Source: Antedon mediterranea
Lineage: Eukaryota > Animalia > Echinodermata
NCBI RefSeq assembly: GCF_964355755.1
Contig: NC_092673.1
Coordinates: forward strand, 9,672,001 to 9,736,000
Length of the DNA stretch: 64,000 nucleotides
Reading direction: 5' to 3'
Shown: positions 62,991 to 64,000 of the stretch, one piece after another
Layout of the letters: each line of letters begins with the position of its first letter
Numbering within the stretch: the stretch's first letter is position 1
The notes under the pieces: model-generated
What the model was told of the DNA's origin: nothing
Seen by the model: the letters and a program-made list of their open reading frames with translations, nothing else
The model's database searches: none
Position numbers and translations under genes: made by a program

Positions 62991-64000
62991 CATCTTAATT
63001 GATATAATTAATACATTATTTAGTTTAAACATCTTTTGAAACTAACTTCCGCGACACATTGGGCCGTTTCGGCTCAAGAAGCGAGTCAAATTAAGGCAGA
63101 GGCGTCGTTTACCGTATCTAAAGAGCCAACAACATCGGCTAGGGTCGAGGCCGACTAGTTTAATACAAAGCCGTCGAATAAACTAGGCTACGTAAACCAT
63201 ACGTTGAATTGTTTTTATTTCCTATTTAATTGCGTTTTGGTACTTTAAAAGGTCATATGTGTTTTTTATTTTTTTTTACAAATATAAAGTTTAAATAGGC
63301 ATATACTTTTTTTAATTGATTTGACAGACATTTGATAAACACAATATTTCAGATTTAACAGTTATTTCAAGTTTTTCATATTCCGTGAATTGGAATTATG
63401 TTTATCGTTAACTTTCATTTTGACAATGTTGCCATTAAAATGCATAAAATGTGTTGATGTGTATAGTCACTTTATTGGTATGTTTCCCCAAAGAAATGCA
63501 TCTCCTACATTCTCCTTAATTATAGCAACATCTACGGTATCATGCAGGCCTACTGTAGTTTACATTAGGCCTATAGCATCCGATTATTTTTAGGTAACTG
63601 TATCAATACCGATTTGTATTATATAGGCCTATTTGATTTCCTCCACAAATTTATGTAAATACTACTTTTAGGTCACCCGCTGATATACGTACTCAACTGC
63701 ATCAATACCTATTTACCATGATATACATTTAATTTCCTCCACAAATTGAGGTACATAGGCCTACATATAGATCTATAATAAGCATTGAATTTGCCTTCTC
63801 ACAGAAAGTTCGCTGTTTTCAGGGCTTTTTCTAGACGTATATTCGCAATTGAAATTGATCGCAACGCAAAGTGAATGATCAAACAATCGGCGGCGGTTAC
63901 ACAGAGTACGCGCATCTAACGTACGGCAACAAAATATTATCGTCATTTTAATTAGTCACGTTTGTTTATCGGACGAAAAGATTAAAATCGTTTTGCTCAT

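Overview
AT-rich eukaryotic (metazoan) DNA made almost entirely of nested, mostly decayed transposable elements. The abundant TAGGCCTA-type motifs and the TE repertoire suggest a marine invertebrate such as an echinoderm (inference). The only host-gene sequence I recognise is one 108-bp IMP3-like exon on the minus strand (21598-21705) with intact splice sites. Larger elements are a ~13-kb Mutator-like element (30944-43902, 8-bp TSD) carrying a 7-exon PHD-FLYWCH-MULE transposase pseudogene and five nested insertions, and two TAG...CTA foldback elements with 3-bp TSDs (Academ-like). One of these (44535-48713) holds its transposase 3' end as an inverted duplication. The window also has Helentron-type HINEs in a repeated head-head-body-body arrangement, PIF/Harbinger, mariner/pogo, Sola-like and Kolobok-like MITEs, and CR1/L2, Rex/Babar, Crack-like and L1/Tx1 LINE fragments. 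I found no rRNA, intact tRNA or CRISPR. Family names come from recalled motifs and terminus/TSD rules, not database searches, and coordinates were counted by hand.
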